Shown: positions 18,677 to 30,652 of the stretch, piece after piece | Numbering within the stretch: the stretch's first letter is position 1 | How the letters are laid out: each line of letters begins with the position of its first letter | DNA from: Candidatus Portiera aleyrodidarum | GTDB taxonomy: Bacteria; Pseudomonadota; Gammaproteobacteria; Johnevansiales; Johnevansiaceae | Length of the DNA stretch: 32,000 nucleotides | Assembly: GCF_000953395.1 (NCBI RefSeq) | Contig: NZ_LN649236.1 | Coordinates: 210,001 to 242,000, forward strand | Reading direction: 5' to 3' | Position numbers and translations under genes: made by a program | Notes under the pieces: generated by a model | Seen by the model: only the letters and a program-made list of their open reading frames with translations | The model's database searches: none | What the model was told of the DNA's origin: nothing

Positions 18677-19771
18677 TTATTTTCTCTTTATTAATTGTTC
18701 TGGATAAGAACATAATTTTTTTATTTCTGCACCTCGCATATATATTTCTTCTAATATTTTTTCTAAAAACTTAGATTTACGATGTCCTTTTATTTCAATA
18801 AAAAATATGTAATTCCAAACTCCTTTAGGTTCTGGTGCAGGTCTATTTGTTATACGTAATATATCAATATTATAACGATAAAAGGGTTCTATTAATAAAT
18901 AAAAAGAACCTATTTTATTATTAATAGATATCATTAATAATGTTTTATCATATCCTGTTGGAGGTACATCTTTATCTGATAATATAAAAAATCTTGTATA
19001 ATTATTACTACGATCTTCTATGTTTTGAGCAATGATTTTTAAAGAATAATAACTAGCAGCAATCTCTCCAGCAATTGCTGCACTATTACTTTCATGTTTA
19101 ATTATTTTTGAAGCTTCTGCATTAGAAGATACTGCAAGTCTTTTAGCAAAAGGATAATTATTATTTAACCAATTTTTACATTGAGCAAATGATTGTTGAT
19201 GTGAATAAATTTTGTCTATTTTTTTATTTATATTTTTTTTTCCAATCATTAAATTATGGTGTATTGATAATATTACTTCTCCACATATTTGTAAGTTGGA
19301 ATTAATAAAAGAATCTAAAGTATTATTTACTATACCTTCTGTTGAATTTTCTACAGGTACAACTCCATACTTATATTTTTTATTTTCTATTGTATTAAAT
19401 ACATCTGTTACTGGTATACTTCTTACTGATTTACCAAAATGTTGAATTACTGCTTGTTGTGTAAATGTACCCTCTGGACCCATATATGCTACTGTTATTG
19501 GTAATTCTAAAGCTAAACAAGCAGACCTAATTTCTCTAAATAATATTGAGATTTCTTTATTAGATAAAGGTCCTTTATTATATTTTATAATATTTCTTAA
19601 CACCTGATTTTCACGTACATGACTATAAAATTTTGTTTTTGGATCTTTTGATAAACAAGATTTTATTTTTGCTACTTTTTTAGCACAAATAGCACGTTGA
19701 CTAATTAAATTTAATAATTGATAATCAATATTATCTATATATTTTATAATTGTTTTTAAATCTTTTTTCAT
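18677..19771 (-). CDS. pheA: Bifunctional chorismate mutase / prephenate dehydratase (P-protein)
   Basis: 364 aa. It has an N-terminal chorismate mutase helix region, a prephenate dehydratase domain (VAYMGPEGTFTQQA, VPVENSTEG), and a C-terminal ACT-like domain. Confidence 0.93.
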   Translation of the reverse strand: MKKDLKTIIKYIDNIDYQLLNLISQRAICAKKVAKIKSCLSKDPKTKFYSHVRENQVLRNIIKYNKGPLSNKEISILFREIRSACLALELPITVAYMGPEGTFTQQAVIQHFGKSVRSIPVTDVFNTIENKKYKYGVVPVENSTEGIVNNTLDSFINSNLQICGEVILSIHHNLMIGKKNINKKIDKIYSHQQSFAQCKNWLNNNYPFAKRLAVSSNAEASKIIKHESNSAAIAGEIAASYYSLKIIAQNIEDRSNNYTRFFILSDKDVPPTGYDKTLLMISINNKIGSFYLLIEPFYRYNIDILRITNRPAPEPKGVWNYIFFIEIKGHRKSKFLEKILEEIYMRGAEIKKLCSYPEQLIKRK

Positions 19772-19794
19772 TTTCTAATAAGCCTATTATTATA

Positions 19795-22290
19795 TTACTT
19801 TAAATCAATAGTTTCACCTAACCTTACAACAGATACTAATTTTTCTTTTTTATTAACACGTATTAATGTAACTCCTTGAGTATTACGTGATCTACAAGAT
19901 ATTTCTTGAACTCTTGTACGTATTAAATTTCCCCTATTTGTTATTAAAATAATTTCATCACTTTCTTTAACTTTTATTGCTGATACTATTTTACCATTAC
20001 GTTTTGAAGAACGCATTGCTATTACTCCTTGTCCACCACGTTTCCTTAAATTAAATTCTTCTAAAATAGTACGTTTTCCATATCCTTTTTCTGAAGCTGT
20101 TAAAATATAATATTTTTGTGATTGTTTTTTATTTTTTATAATTATTAAACTAATAACTTTATTATTATAAAATAAACGCATCCCCATTACACCCATAGCA
20201 TTACGTCCCATTGCACGTACTTCACTTTCTTTAAAATAAATAGATTTCCCATTAGAAGCAAGTAACATAATTAAATTATCTTTCCCATAAGTAATAGCAG
20301 CACCTATTAAACTATCTCCATCTTCTAAATTAAGTGCAAGAATACCACAATTACGTTGTCTAGCAAATTGTTTCATATGAGTTCTTTTTACTTTACCTAA
20401 AGCCGTTGCAAAAAATATATAATTATTTTTCTTTCTATTTTCATCATTTATTGCAAGTATTGCAGTAATTTTTTCCTTTACATCTAAAGAAAGTAAATTC
20501 ACTAAAGGTCTACCTCTAGAGATTCTACTATTTTGTGGAATTTCATAAACTTTAAGCCAATATACTTTACCTTTATCAGAAAATAATAAAATTGTATCAT
20601 GAGTTGATGCTACTAATAAATGTTCAATCACATCTTCATCATTTATACTTGTAACTAACTTACCTCGACCACCTCTTTTCTGTGCTTGATAAACTGAAAT
20701 GGGTTGTATTTTAGCATATCCTGATCTAGAAACTGTAACTACCATTTTTTCTTCATTAATAAGATCAACAGTATGTAGTTCATTACGAATAGCATTAATT
20801 GTAGTTTTTCTATTATCTCCATACTTAGAACGGATTTCAATTAATTCATTACGAATTATTTCCATTAAATATTCAAATGAAGATAATATTTTTTTTAATT
20901 GAGATATTGTGTTCAAAGTATTGTTATATTCATCAATAGAATTGTGAATTTCTAAACAAGTTAAACGATGTAATCGTAAATCCATAATTGCTTTAATTTG
21001 AGATTCAGATAATAGAAAAAAATCTTTACAAAAATGAGTATTGTTCCATTTTATAATACTTAATTTATATTTAGCTTCGTGAAATGAAGAAGCTGATTTG
21101 ATAATTTCTATAACAATATCAATATTAGATATTGCAATTATTAAACCTTCAATAATATGTTTACGTTTGTTAAATTTTTTTAATTCATATAATGTACGTC
21201 GTTTAATTACTTCTATACGTTGATTAATAAAAGCTTCAATAATTTGTTTAAGATTAAAGGTTTTAGGTTTACCTTTATCTACAGCTACCATATTTATACT
21301 ATAAATAACTTCCATTTGAGTATGTGCAAAAAGATTATTTAATATAATTTCACTAGATTCATAACGTTTTATTTCTATAACAATCCTTAACCCATCTTTA
21401 TCTGATTCATCTCTAAGCTCGTTTATACCAGATAACCTTTTGTGTTTTACTAAATCAACTATTTTTTCAATTAACCTAGCTTTATTAACTTGATATGGTA
21501 ATTCTGTTATAATGATAAACTCATTACCTTTAATATTATTTTTAACAATTATATGTTTTGCACGTATATAAATACTACCTTTACCTGTCTTGTAAGCCTC
21601 TAAAATTCCCGAACTTCCATGAATTATACCTGATGTAGGAAAATCTGGACCCTTTATATATTTCATTAAATATTCTATTGAAATATTCTTATTATCAATA
21701 AAAGCTAAACATGCATTTATAACTTCTTTTATATTATGAGGAGGAATATTAGTTGCCATACCAACAGCAATACCACTTGTACCATTTATTAATAAATTAG
21801 GTATACGGCTAGGTAAGACTTCGGGTAGTTTTTCAGTACCATCATAATTATCAACCCAATCTACTGTAGATTTTTCAAGATCATATAAAAATTCACTAGT
21901 TATACGAGACAATCTTACTTCTGTATATCTCATTGCAGCTGCATTATCACCATCTATTGATCCAAAATTTCCTTGACCATCAATTAATACATATCTCATA
22001 GAAAAAAATTGGGCCATTCTTACAATTGCATCATAAACCGCACTATCACCATGCGGATGATATTTACCAATGACATCACCTACTACACGTGCAGATTTTA
22101 AATAAGTTTTCTTCCATACATTATTTAATTCATGCATAGCAAAGATTACACGACGATGTACAGGTTTTAAACCATCACGTATATCTGGAATAGCACGTCC
22201 AATAATTACACTCATAGCATAATCTAAATACGATTGTTTGATTTCATCTTCAATAGTAATTGGTAAAATTTCTTTATTTTTTTCAAACAT
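19795..22290 (-). CDS. gyrA: DNA gyrase subunit A
   Basis: 831 aa. Motifs: [24 protein letters not shown], the [21 protein letters not shown], and the active-site region AAAMRYTE. Confidence 0.97.
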   Translation of the reverse strand: MFEKNKEILPITIEDEIKQSYLDYAMSVIIGRAIPDIRDGLKPVHRRVIFAMHELNNVWKKTYLKSARVVGDVIGKYHPHGDSAVYDAIVRMAQFFSMRYVLIDGQGNFGSIDGDNAAAMRYTEVRLSRITSEFLYDLEKSTVDWVDNYDGTEKLPEVLPSRIPNLLINGTSGIAVGMATNIPPHNIKEVINACLAFIDNKNISIEYLMKYIKGPDFPTSGIIHGSSGILEAYKTGKGSIYIRAKHIIVKNNIKGNEFIIITELPYQVNKARLIEKIVDLVKHKRLSGINELRDESDKDGLRIVIEIKRYESSEIILNNLFAHTQMEVIYSINMVAVDKGKPKTFNLKQIIEAFINQRIEVIKRRTLYELKKFNKRKHIIEGLIIAISNIDIVIEIIKSASSFHEAKYKLSIIKWNNTHFCKDFFLLSESQIKAIMDLRLHRLTCLEIHNSIDEYNNTLNTISQLKKILSSFEYLMEIIRNELIEIRSKYGDNRKTTINAIRNELHTVDLINEEKMVVTVSRSGYAKIQPISVYQAQKRGGRGKLVTSINDEDVIEHLLVASTHDTILLFSDKGKVYWLKVYEIPQNSRISRGRPLVNLLSLDVKEKITAILAINDENRKKNNYIFFATALGKVKRTHMKQFARQRNCGILALNLEDGDSLIGAAITYGKDNLIMLLASNGKSIYFKESEVRAMGRNAMGVMGMRLFYNNKVISLIIIKNKKQSQKYYILTASEKGYGKRTILEEFNLRKRGGQGVIAMRSSKRNGKIVSAIKVKESDEIILITNRGNLIRTRVQEISCRSRNTQGVTLIRVNKKEKLVSVVRLGETIDLK

Positions 22291-22311
22291 ATAATTATTT
22301 CCACATAAGTA

Positions 22312-24735
22312 TTAGCATACATTATACTTACTAAGTACACTAATTACATCAATTTTAATATTAATAATTAAATTTTTAAATAATCTAAATGCTTCTCTTT
22401 TATATTCTTCTATAGGATTTTGGTGTACATAACCTCTAAGATGAATACTATTCATTATATAATCCATCATTTGTAAATGTTCTTTCCATCTTATATCAAA
22501 CACTTGTAATATAGTTTGTTTTTCAAACTCTTTTATTCTTTGTTGACCAATTTTTTTACAATTATATTTATATATATTCTTATATGTATCTTTGATTTTA
22601 TTAATTATAAATATATATCCATTATTAGATGATAAAATATATTTATTTGTTTTTATCCAATTATATAAATTTAAATTTAATATTGTTTTTATATTTATTA
22701 ATAAATTATTTATATTATAATTTGTTTGATAATCATATACAATTTTATAAATTAATTCATTTCTAATATATTTTATATATTCAGAAATATTATAATTAAA
22801 TAATATTTCATCTCTTTGTTTATATACAATTTTCCTTTGATAATTTGAAATCTTATCATATTCTAATATTTGTTTGCGTATATCCAAATTATGATTTTCT
22901 ACTTTTTGTTGAGCTTTTTCTACTGCTTTATTAACTAATTTATGTTCGATAGCTTCACCATAAGATAACCCTAAAATATTCATCATTTTTTTTATTTTAT
23001 TAGAACCAAATAACCTCATTAAATTATCTTCTAAAGAAATATAAAACCTAGTTGATCCTGGATCACCTTGCCGGCCTGAACGTCCTCTTAATTGATTATC
23101 AATTCTTCTAGATTCATGTCGCTCGGTTCCAATAACATGTAAACCACCAGCTTTTATTACCAAATTTTTACTCCATGTTAACTTTCCACCCTTTCCACCC
23201 TTTCCACCCTTTCCACCTAATAAAATATCTGTACCTCTACCTGCCATATTAGTAGCAATAGTAATTGTACTATAACGTCCAGCTTGAGCAAGTATATTAG
23301 CTTCATTAGAATGATTTTTTGCATTAAGTATATTATGTGATAGTTTTTGTTTTTTTAATATATAAGAAATATATTCTGAATTTTGAATTGAAGTAGTACC
23401 GACTAATACTGGACGACCTTTATAAAAATTGTTTTTTATATCTTTAATAATAGCTTCAAATTTTTCTTTTGTAGATAAAAAAATTAAATCATTCATATCT
23501 TTACGTATTATAGGCTTATTTGTTGGAATAACTAATACATCTATTTTATAAATTTTATTAAATTCATATACTTCAGTATATGCTGTACCAGTCATACCTG
23601 ATATTTTAGAATAAAGTCTAAAATAATTTTGTAAAGTAATATATGCTAAAGTATTACTTTCATTTTTTATATTTACTCCTTCTTTAGCTTCTATAGCTTG
23701 ATGTAACCCATCTGACCATCTTTTTCCTGGCATAATACGTCCTGTATTTTCATCTACTATAATTACTTCATTATTTATAATAATATAATCAACATTTGTT
23801 TGAAATAAATAAAGTGCTAATAAAGCTGATTTTATTTTTTTTATTAAATCTATATTATTAACTGAATAAAGAGAATCATTGTTTTTTATTAGTTTTTTTG
23901 ATTTTAAAATATATTCTATATATTTATATCCTTTTTCAGTTAATTCAACTTGTTTATGTTTTTCATCTAAAATAAAATCGCAGTTTTGATTTTCATATTC
24001 AGTACTTTTATAACTTCTTAAGTTTTCTGCTATATTTTTTATTAAATAATAGATTTTAGTATATTCATATTCAGGTCCTGAAAGAATTAATGGGGTACGA
24101 GCTTCATCAATTAAAATAGAATCTACTTCATCAATTAAAGCAAAATTACGTTTTCTTTGAAATTTTTCTTTAATGGAATAAACCATATTATTCCGTAAAT
24201 AATCAAAACCATATTCATTATTAGTACCATAAGTAATATCTGCTTTATATGCCTTAATTTTTTCTTTTAATCTTTGTTCAGCATAAATATTTTTTATACT
24301 TAAACCAAGAAATTCATATAATGGACGCATATTATGAGAATCTCTTTTTGCTAAATATTCATTGATTGTTATTACATGTACACCAAGACCTGGTAATGCA
24401 TTTAAATATGTAGGTAAAGTTCCTACAATAGTTTTACCTTCTCCAGTTTTCATTTCAGAAATAATACCCTTATGTAAAACTATTCCTCCTAGTATTTGAA
24501 CATCAAAATGACGCATACCAATTATGCGTTTACTAGCTTCTCTAATAGTAGAAAACGCTTCAGGTAATAACATATCTAGTACATCACCTTTTATTATTCT
24601 TTTACGAAATTCTATAGTTTTATAACTTAATAAATCATTAGTAAGTGAAATAAAATGATTTTCTAAATCATTGATTATATAAACTATATTACTTATTCGT
24701 TTAATTTCACGATCATTTTTATTATAAATAAACAT
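22312..24735 (-). CDS. secA: Preprotein translocase ATPase SecA (lacks the C-terminal zinc-finger tail)
   Basis: 807 aa. Motifs: MRHFDVQILGG, Walker A MKTGEGKT, DEVDSILIDEARTPLI, TNMAGRGTDI, GTERHESRRIDNQLRGRSGRQGDPG. It ends at ...SKYNVC with no Cys-rich SecB/Zn-binding tail. Confidence 0.96.
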   Translation of the reverse strand: MFIYNKNDREIKRISNIVYIINDLENHFISLTNDLLSYKTIEFRKRIIKGDVLDMLLPEAFSTIREASKRIIGMRHFDVQILGGIVLHKGIISEMKTGEGKTIVGTLPTYLNALPGLGVHVITINEYLAKRDSHNMRPLYEFLGLSIKNIYAEQRLKEKIKAYKADITYGTNNEYGFDYLRNNMVYSIKEKFQRKRNFALIDEVDSILIDEARTPLILSGPEYEYTKIYYLIKNIAENLRSYKSTEYENQNCDFILDEKHKQVELTEKGYKYIEYILKSKKLIKNNDSLYSVNNIDLIKKIKSALLALYLFQTNVDYIIINNEVIIVDENTGRIMPGKRWSDGLHQAIEAKEGVNIKNESNTLAYITLQNYFRLYSKISGMTGTAYTEVYEFNKIYKIDVLVIPTNKPIIRKDMNDLIFLSTKEKFEAIIKDIKNNFYKGRPVLVGTTSIQNSEYISYILKKQKLSHNILNAKNHSNEANILAQAGRYSTITIATNMAGRGTDILLGGKGGKGGKGGKLTWSKNLVIKAGGLHVIGTERHESRRIDNQLRGRSGRQGDPGSTRFYISLEDNLMRLFGSNKIKKMMNILGLSYGEAIEHKLVNKAVEKAQQKVENHNLDIRKQILEYDKISNYQRKIVYKQRDEILFNYNISEYIKYIRNELIYKIVYDYQTNYNINNLLINIKTILNLNLYNWIKTNKYILSSNNGYIFIINKIKDTYKNIYKYNCKKIGQQRIKEFEKQTILQVFDIRWKEHLQMMDYIMNSIHLRGYVHQNPIEEYKREAFRLFKNLIINIKIDVISVLSKYNVC
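23182..23217 (-). repeat. Perfect 9-bp x4 in-frame tandem repeat inside secA (plus strand ctttccacc x4; encodes GGK x4)
   Basis: Read directly from the sequence: four identical units. They are codons 507-518 of secA, lying between helicase motifs V (TNMAGRGTDI) and VI (GTERHESRRID). Confidence 0.95.
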
Positions 24736-24748
24736 TGTTTATAAAAAG

Positions 24749-24822
24749 TACGTCTGAAGGGATTTGAACCCCTAACCTTTACCTTCGGAAGGTAAAACTC
24801 TATCCAATTGAGCTACAGACGT
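24749..24822 (-). tRNA. tRNA-Arg (CCG)
   Basis: The reverse complement is acgtctgtagctcaattggatagagttttaccttCCGaaggtaaaggttaggggttcaaatcccttcagacgta. It forms a canonical cloverleaf. Its 3' end lies 13 nt upstream of the secA start. Confidence 0.88.
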
Positions 24823-24902
24823 ATATATACAGGTAATTTAAAAAACGGAAATATAAGAATTTGACTGTAAAAAACGACAGAATAGAATAATACTACAAGT
24901 TC

Positions 24903-25916
24903 TTAACTTAAGGTTGCTACCATAATTGATTTTATTGTATGTATTCTATTTTCAACTTGATCAAAAGATATATTATATGATGATTCAAAAATTTCATCAG
25001 TAATTTCAAAACCATTAACTAATTTTTTTTTATTTTTTATAAAATCATTTTTTAATAAGTTTTTTATAATTAATGTTTCATTATTATGAAAGGATGGTAA
25101 ACAATGCATTACTTTTACTTTATAATTATTAGTAGCTTTTATAATTTCTTTATTTATTTGATATTTTGAAAGACTTTTAATTCTGTCACACCATACCTCT
25201 TCACTTTCTCCCATTGATACCCAAACATCAGTATATATAAAATCTACATTTTTTACAGCTATATAAGGATCTTCTACTAAAAGTATTTTTGCATTATTTT
25301 TTTTGGCTATATTATTACATAATATAAAAAACTTTTCTTCTGGCCACAATTTTTTAGGAGCAGCTATACGTATATCCATACCCATTTTTGCTCCTATTAA
25401 TAATAATGATCTTCCAATATTATAACGTGCATCACCTAAATAAGCATATTTGATATTATTTAATGATTTATTACTGTGTTCTAACATAGTTAATACATCA
25501 GCTAAAACTTGTGTTGGATGAAATTCATTTGTTAATCCATTAAAAACAGGAATACCTGAATGTTTGGCTAATTCTTCTATTATTTTTTGACTATATCCTC
25601 TATATTGTATTGCGTCAAACATACGACCTAATACTTTTGCTGTATCTTTAATAGATTCTTTATATCCCATTTGTGAAGATTTAGAATCAATATAAGTTAC
25701 ATTAGCACCTTGATCATTAGCTGCTATTTGAAAAGCACAACGTGTTCTAGTTGATGATTTTTCAAAAATCAATGCTATATTTTTACCTTTTAATCTAGGA
25801 TATTCATTTCCTATATATTTTGACTTTTTTAAATAACTTGCTAAGTTTATTAAATAATTAATTTCTTCTTTTGTATGATTTATTAAACTTAAAAGATTCC
25901 TATTACGTAAATTCAT
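24903..25916 (-). CDS. argF: Ornithine carbamoyltransferase
   Basis: 337 aa. Motifs: [27 protein letters not shown], and the C-terminal [19 protein letters not shown], collinear with E. coli ArgI/ArgF. Its start forms an ATGA overlap with the atpC stop. Confidence 0.93.
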   Translation of the reverse strand: MNLRNRNLLSLINHTKEEINYLINLASYLKKSKYIGNEYPRLKGKNIALIFEKSSTRTRCAFQIAANDQGANVTYIDSKSSQMGYKESIKDTAKVLGRMFDAIQYRGYSQKIIEELAKHSGIPVFNGLTNEFHPTQVLADVLTMLEHSNKSLNNIKYAYLGDARYNIGRSLLLIGAKMGMDIRIAAPKKLWPEEKFFILCNNIAKKNNAKILLVEDPYIAVKNVDFIYTDVWVSMGESEEVWCDRIKSLSKYQINKEIIKATNNYKVKVMHCLPSFHNNETLIIKNLLKNDFIKNKKKLVNGFEITDEIFESSYNISFDQVENRIHTIKSIMVATLS

Positions 25917-26344
25917 TTATTTCCTTTTCTTGTTAATTTTTTAAAAACTTTTAATGTACGTAAACGAGAATTTGCTAAAGCTATATCTGCAATTGCACGT
26001 GTATAATTTATTTTTGATGATTTTTCTTTAATTATTTTTTTAGCTTCATTAATACTTTTATTTATTTCATATTCATTAATATCATTTGCTTTTATAATTG
26101 TATAAGCTAAACATGAAATCATATTTGATTCTACTTCCATCAAACCACCATCTAAATAAAAAATTTCTTTCTTATCATTTACATGTGTTATTATTAAAGG
26201 ACCTGAATTTAATTGTGTTATTATTGGGGCATGTCCTGATAAAATTCCTAATTCACCTTCAGTACCCATAGCTGTTATTTGTTTTATTTTTTTTGAAAAA
26301 ATTAAACAGTCTATACTCATAATATCACATTGAATACTATTCAT
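25913..26344 (-). CDS. atpC: ATP synthase F1 epsilon subunit
   Basis: 143 aa. Its position after atpD and the [14 protein letters not shown] motif are typical of epsilon. Confidence 0.9.
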   Translation of the reverse strand: MNSIQCDIMSIDCLIFSKKIKQITAMGTEGELGILSGHAPIITQLNSGPLIITHVNDKKEIFYLDGGLMEVESNMISCLAYTIIKANDINEYEINKSINEAKKIIKEKSSKINYTRAIADIALANSRLRTLKVFKKLTRKGNK

Positions 26345-26357
26345 ATAAGAATTCCAA

Positions 26358-27728
<1,371 letters not shown>

Positions 27729-28586
27729 TTATACTAATGCGGCTCCATTTACTATTTCCGAAATTTCTTGCGTTATATTTGCTTGTCTTAATTTATTATA
27801 AATATTATTTAAATCTATTATTAAATTATTAGCATTTTCTGTTGCTTTTTTCATTGAAATCATACGTGATGATTGTTCACAAGTTATATTGTCTAATATA
27901 GATTGATAGATTTGAGATTCAATATATTTAGTAAATATATTCTTTAATAATTTATTAAAATCATAAGTTTCATAAATATAAACGATTTTATTTAGGATTT
28001 CTTTTTTTATATTTAACGGTAAAATATTTTTTATTATAGGTAAGGCTTTTATTGAACTGATTGATTTATTATATATTATTTTAATACAATCAATCTGATT
28101 GTTATCATACTCTCTAATTATTACTTTTATTAAATTATAAAAATCAATGATTTTTGGATAATCACCTAAATTCTTTTTATAATAAATTATTTCTCCACCA
28201 TATTTTTTTATAAATTTATTACCAATTGTTCCTAAGGTACAAAAACAATATTTGGTTTTTTTGTTTTTTATATAATTTAATAATTTTCTAAATAAATTTA
28301 TATTTAAACCTCCACATAACCCTTTATCACTCGTTATTAAAATATAACAAATTTTTTGTATTTTTTTATTTATATTAATATAATTATTTTTGTAATTTAT
28401 ATTATTATCAGTAACAATACGATTACATATCTCTTTTATTTTTTTAGTATAATACCTACTTAATAACATTCTATTTTGTAATTTACGCATTTTAGATGCT
28501 GATACCATTTCCATTGCACTAGTAATTTTTTTGGTATTTTTTATAATTTCAATTTGTAATTTTATTTCTTTTGTCGCTAATATCAA
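27729..28586 (-). CDS. atpG: ATP synthase F1 gamma subunit
   Basis: 285 aa. It has ITSAMEMVSASKMRK near the N-terminus and ITQEISEIVNGAA at the C-terminus. The predicted start is TTG, preceded by TAGGTAA. Confidence 0.92.
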   Translation of the reverse strand: MILATKEIKLQIEIIKNTKKITSAMEMVSASKMRKLQNRMLLSRYYTKKIKEICNRIVTDNNINYKNNYININKKIQKICYILITSDKGLCGGLNINLFRKLLNYIKNKKTKYCFCTLGTIGNKFIKKYGGEIIYYKKNLGDYPKIIDFYNLIKVIIREYDNNQIDCIKIIYNKSISSIKALPIIKNILPLNIKKEILNKIVYIYETYDFNKLLKNIFTKYIESQIYQSILDNITCEQSSRMISMKKATENANNLIIDLNNIYNKLRQANITQEISEIVNGAALV

Positions 28587-28598
28587 AATCTTACCTAT

Positions 28599-30131
28599 TT
28601 ACCTATATTTTTCTTTAAAGTTTTCTAATATTTGTTTAAAGTTTTCTATATACTCTTCTTTACCATTATTATTTATCAAATTTATTAATTTCTTATAATT
28701 TAAATTATAATAATTGATCAATTCTTTTTCAAATGAAAAAATTTTCTTTACATTTATATCATATAAATAATCTTTATTTGCAGCATACAATAATATTGAT
28801 ATTTCAGCAACACTCATTGTATTAAATTGTTTTTGTTTCATTAGTTCTGTTATACGTTTACCTTTTTCTATTTCTTTTTTAGTTATTTCATCTAATTCTG
28901 AACTAAATTGTGCAAATGATTCTAATTCTCTATATTTAGCTAAAGCTAAACGTATACCTGCTCCTAATTTTTTTATAATTTTAGTTTGTGCTGTACCCCC
29001 AACTCTAGATACTGATAATCCTACATTGATTGCTGGTCTTGTACCAGCATTAAATAAATTTGTTTCAAGAAATATTTGACCATCTGTTATAGAAATAACA
29101 TTTGTAGGGATAAAGTCTGATACATCTCCACCTTGTGTTTCTATTATTGGTAAAGCTGTTAAAGACCCTGTTGTTTGAATTTTACCTTTCGTATTTTTAC
29201 TAACATAATTTTCATTTACACGTGAAGCTCTTTCTAATAATTTTGAATGTATATAAAAAATATCACCTGGATAAGCTTCTCTTCCTGGTGGTCTTTTTAA
29301 TAATAATGATATTTGTCTATATGCCCAAGCTTGTTTGGTTAAATCATCATATACAATTAATGCATTTTGTCCTCTATCACGAAAATATTCTCCCATAGTA
29401 CAACCGGTATAAGGGACTAAATATTGCATTATAGCCGGATCTGATGCTGAAGCCATAACTACTATTGTATATTTCATAGCTCCATGTTTTTCAAAAATCT
29501 TTACATTTTTTACAATATTAGATTTTTTTTGACCTATAGCAACATATATACATATTATATCTTTGTTTTTTTGATTTATAATAATATCCATAACAAGAGA
29601 TGTTTTACCTACATTTCTATCACCTATAATTAATTCCCTTTGCCCTAAACCTATTGGTATCATTGAATCTATTGCTTTTATACCTGTATTTAATGGTTGA
29701 TTTACAGTTTTTCTAAAAATTACCCCGGGCGCTATTTTTTCAATAAAATCAGTTGTTTTTGTTTTTATTTTTCCTTTACCATCTATAGCATTTCCTAATG
29801 TATCAACCACTCTACCAATTAATTCTAAACCTACAGGTACTTTTAATAATTTACCTGTACATTTACAGTTCATTCCTTCTGAAAGATTCTTATAATCTCC
29901 TAATATAACTATACCTACATTATTACGTTCAATATTAAAAACTAATCCACTAAGATTATCAATAAATTCTATTATTTCACCATACATAGCATCATATAAT
30001 CCATATACACGAACAATGCCATCAAACACATTAAGTATTATTCCTTCCGTTTGCATTTCTAATTTAAACTTAATATTTTTAATTTCTTTTTTTATTATAT
30101 TACTAATTTCCGAAAAATTTATTTTGTTCAT
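28599..30131 (-). CDS. atpA: ATP synthase F1 alpha subunit
   Basis: 510 aa. It has Walker [10 protein letters not shown] and [34 protein letters not shown]. Confidence 0.98.
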   Translation of the reverse strand: MNKINFSEISNIIKKEIKNIKFKLEMQTEGIILNVFDGIVRVYGLYDAMYGEIIEFIDNLSGLVFNIERNNVGIVILGDYKNLSEGMNCKCTGKLLKVPVGLELIGRVVDTLGNAIDGKGKIKTKTTDFIEKIAPGVIFRKTVNQPLNTGIKAIDSMIPIGLGQRELIIGDRNVGKTSLVMDIIINQKNKDIICIYVAIGQKKSNIVKNVKIFEKHGAMKYTIVVMASASDPAIMQYLVPYTGCTMGEYFRDRGQNALIVYDDLTKQAWAYRQISLLLKRPPGREAYPGDIFYIHSKLLERASRVNENYVSKNTKGKIQTTGSLTALPIIETQGGDVSDFIPTNVISITDGQIFLETNLFNAGTRPAINVGLSVSRVGGTAQTKIIKKLGAGIRLALAKYRELESFAQFSSELDEITKKEIEKGKRITELMKQKQFNTMSVAEISILLYAANKDYLYDINVKKIFSFEKELINYYNLNYKKLINLINNNGKEEYIENFKQILENFKEKYR

Positions 30132-30652
30132 AATATATTACCCAAGGTTTGTTTTAATTGATTTAATCTACCAATTATAGAACAATCTATAATAATATTT
30201 TTGATTTTTATAATTAAACCACCAATTGTATTTGTTTTAATGTTTATATTGTTTATAAAAATTTTTTTTTGAAATTTTAAACTTAAAATCTTTATTATTT
30301 TTTTTTTTTGATTTTTATTTAATATAAAAGCACTAATAATTCTTATATTTAAAATATTATAGTGTTTTAATATTTTTTTTTCATACTTATATAAAATATA
30401 ATTTCTTATATGTATTTTATTATTTATTAATAATAAATTAATTATATTTAAACTTTCTTTATCTAAATATTTTTTTATTTTTTTATTACAAATAAAATCT
30501 TTAAATCCATTATTTTTTTTATAATAAGTTAAAATAAAATCAATTATTTTTATTCTATTTTTCCATTCATCTAAATCTTTTGATAACACTGATAATTCCC
30601 ATATTGCTTTAAAATATGGTTGATTATTTTCTACTTTTTCAGAGATTTTCAT
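30128..30652 (-). CDS. atpH: ATP synthase F1 delta subunit
   Basis: 174 aa and highly diverged. The call rests mainly on size and its position between atpF and atpA, with ATGA overlaps on both sides. The C-terminal GGLIIKI...DCSIIGRL resembles delta. Confidence 0.8.
   Translation of the reverse strand: MKISEKVENNQPYFKAIWELSVLSKDLDEWKNRIKIIDFILTYYKKNNGFKDFICNKKIKKYLDKESLNIINLLLINNKIHIRNYILYKYEKKILKHYNILNIRIISAFILNKNQKKKIIKILSLKFQKKIFINNINIKTNTIGGLIIKIKNIIIDCSIIGRLNQLKQTLGNIL

Noticed and set aside
18672-18713. A longer aroA start at ATG 18713, overlapping pheA by 37 nt.
   Set aside because: The extra 14 residues (MFLSRTINKEKISI) have no counterpart in EPSP synthases. The ATG at 18671 gives a normal N-terminus and a 5-nt intergenic gap. 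This cannot be fully excluded without proteomics.
24749-24822. tRNA-Arg(CCG) retained in a very AT-rich genome.
   Set aside because: CGG codons are still used (for example in groES at about 13810). As far as I recall, other reduced gammaproteobacterial symbionts keep this tRNA, so it is not anomalous.
24861-24888. A near-consensus sigma-70 promoter on the plus strand (TTGACT-16 nt-TAGAAT) pointing antisense into argF.
   Set aside because: -10-like hexamers are ubiquitous in DNA this AT-rich. Both neighbouring genes are on the other strand, and no plus-strand feature lies downstream. It cannot be told from chance without transcription-start mapping. It would be worth a look only if antisense argF RNA is seen.
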